Of a DNA stretch of 64,000 nucleotides, positions 62,977 through 64,000 are shown in pieces. The notes beneath the pieces were generated by a model. It was not told the DNA's origin, ran no database searches, and saw only the letters and a program-made list of their open reading frames with translations. Source of the stretch: Amoebidium appalachense (lineage: Eukaryota > Protista > Ichthyosporea); contig CAVNZM010000001.1 in the NCBI GenBank assembly GCA_963693365.1, forward strand, positions 15,052,418 through 15,116,417, read 5' to 3'. Position 1 is the stretch's first letter, and every line of letters starts with the position of its first letter. The position numbers and the translations under genes are program-made.

Positions 62977-63640
62977 GTGGGTTTTCCGGGAAATCTTTTT
63001 GTTCTCCTGCTTTTTTTCTCATTATGTAGTTTTTCTCACGATGTAGGTGCGACAGTAACACGATATGGTAGACTCTCCCTCTTAAGGAGTTTTGGAATGT
63101 TGGTTCTGCGCGCAACGTATCAAAGAGGAAAAGGAAAGGAGATAAATGAGGTCCTTTATAGATAAATCGCCAACTCACGTATTTGTTGACCAAGACCATC
63201 CGGCCACTCCTCATCAACCTCTTTCTTTCTTTTCTTTTCTTATTCTTGTTTTGTTGTTTTTTTTGTTTTTTTTGTTTTTTTGGAGAGAGGGGGGGGGGGG
63301 AGGGGGGAGGGGGGGGGGCACTGCTGGGTGATGGGGAGGGGGATTAGGGGAGGGGGGGTTTCTGTGAGTAAAACCCATCAGAGACTGGTTATCGTGAAGG
63401 TTTCAGCTGCTTCGGTGTCCTGATAGTTCTCTTCCAAAGTGATATGGTAGCACCTAAATCCCCCCCTCCACCCCCCCCCCCCCCCCCCCCCTCCTCCCCC
63501 TCCCTCACTTTCTCCCTCCCCTTTCCATCTCTTATAATGCAATTTTTACACGGTGTGTACTTTACAAAACCTGCGTTCTGTTATCCGTCGTGAATGTGTA
63601 TTTCCGTTTCTGTATTTCTGTAACACATTCTTGACCCCCC

Positions 63641-63671
<31 letters not shown>

Positions 63672-64000
63672 AAAAAAAAAAAAAAAAAGAGAGAGAGCAC
63701 TTTTGCCCGTCCTAGAGTTATTCACGTCACTGGTAGATTAGGGGTAACTGACATTAAATTTTGCCCCCCTCCCCCCCCCCCCCCCCCCCCCCCTCCAAAC
63801 ACATACAGAGACACACACACAAATATCCCACACACTTCCACACATCTATCGCGCAAATGTGCACATGCACGCACACGATTGCACGTGCACACATCCGCAT
63901 TCACACCCGCCTGCCCACCCACACGCTCATTCCCCCTCCCCCCCTCTGCAAAACACACACACACACACACACACACATGTACACGTGTAACACAACACCC

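Overview
Eukaryotic genomic DNA from an intron-rich, probably unicellular organism (GT-AG introns, standard code). Introns are packed with poly-C/poly-G, (CA)n/(GT)n and (TGCG)n tracts, which produce most of the spurious ORFs in the track. Six protein-coding genes could be reconstructed: (1) a ~21 kb gene fusing four EF-hands (NCS/CBL-like) to a type I PIP5K domain (+); (2) an intronless 383-aa gene resembling a bacterial HDAC-associated domain (+, HGT candidate); (3) an OCA2/P-protein-family transporter (-); (4) a small hydrophilin/LEA-like gene (-), head-to-head with (5) a mitochondrially targeted group 3 LEA gene (+); and (6) the 5' part of an OST-alpha/TMEM184 gene (+). Mobile DNA includes a 5'-truncated LINE at the left edge, several MITE-like elements and a dense nest at 53.5-61.4 kb. 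The nest holds a solo LTR, a 2.4 kb element with ~160-bp inverted ends, a 7-bp flanking direct repeat and a decayed tyrosine recombinase, and a decayed LINE with both ends, tandem 5' promoter monomers and a second solo LTR inside ORF1. All calls come from reading and translating by eye; no database searches were run.
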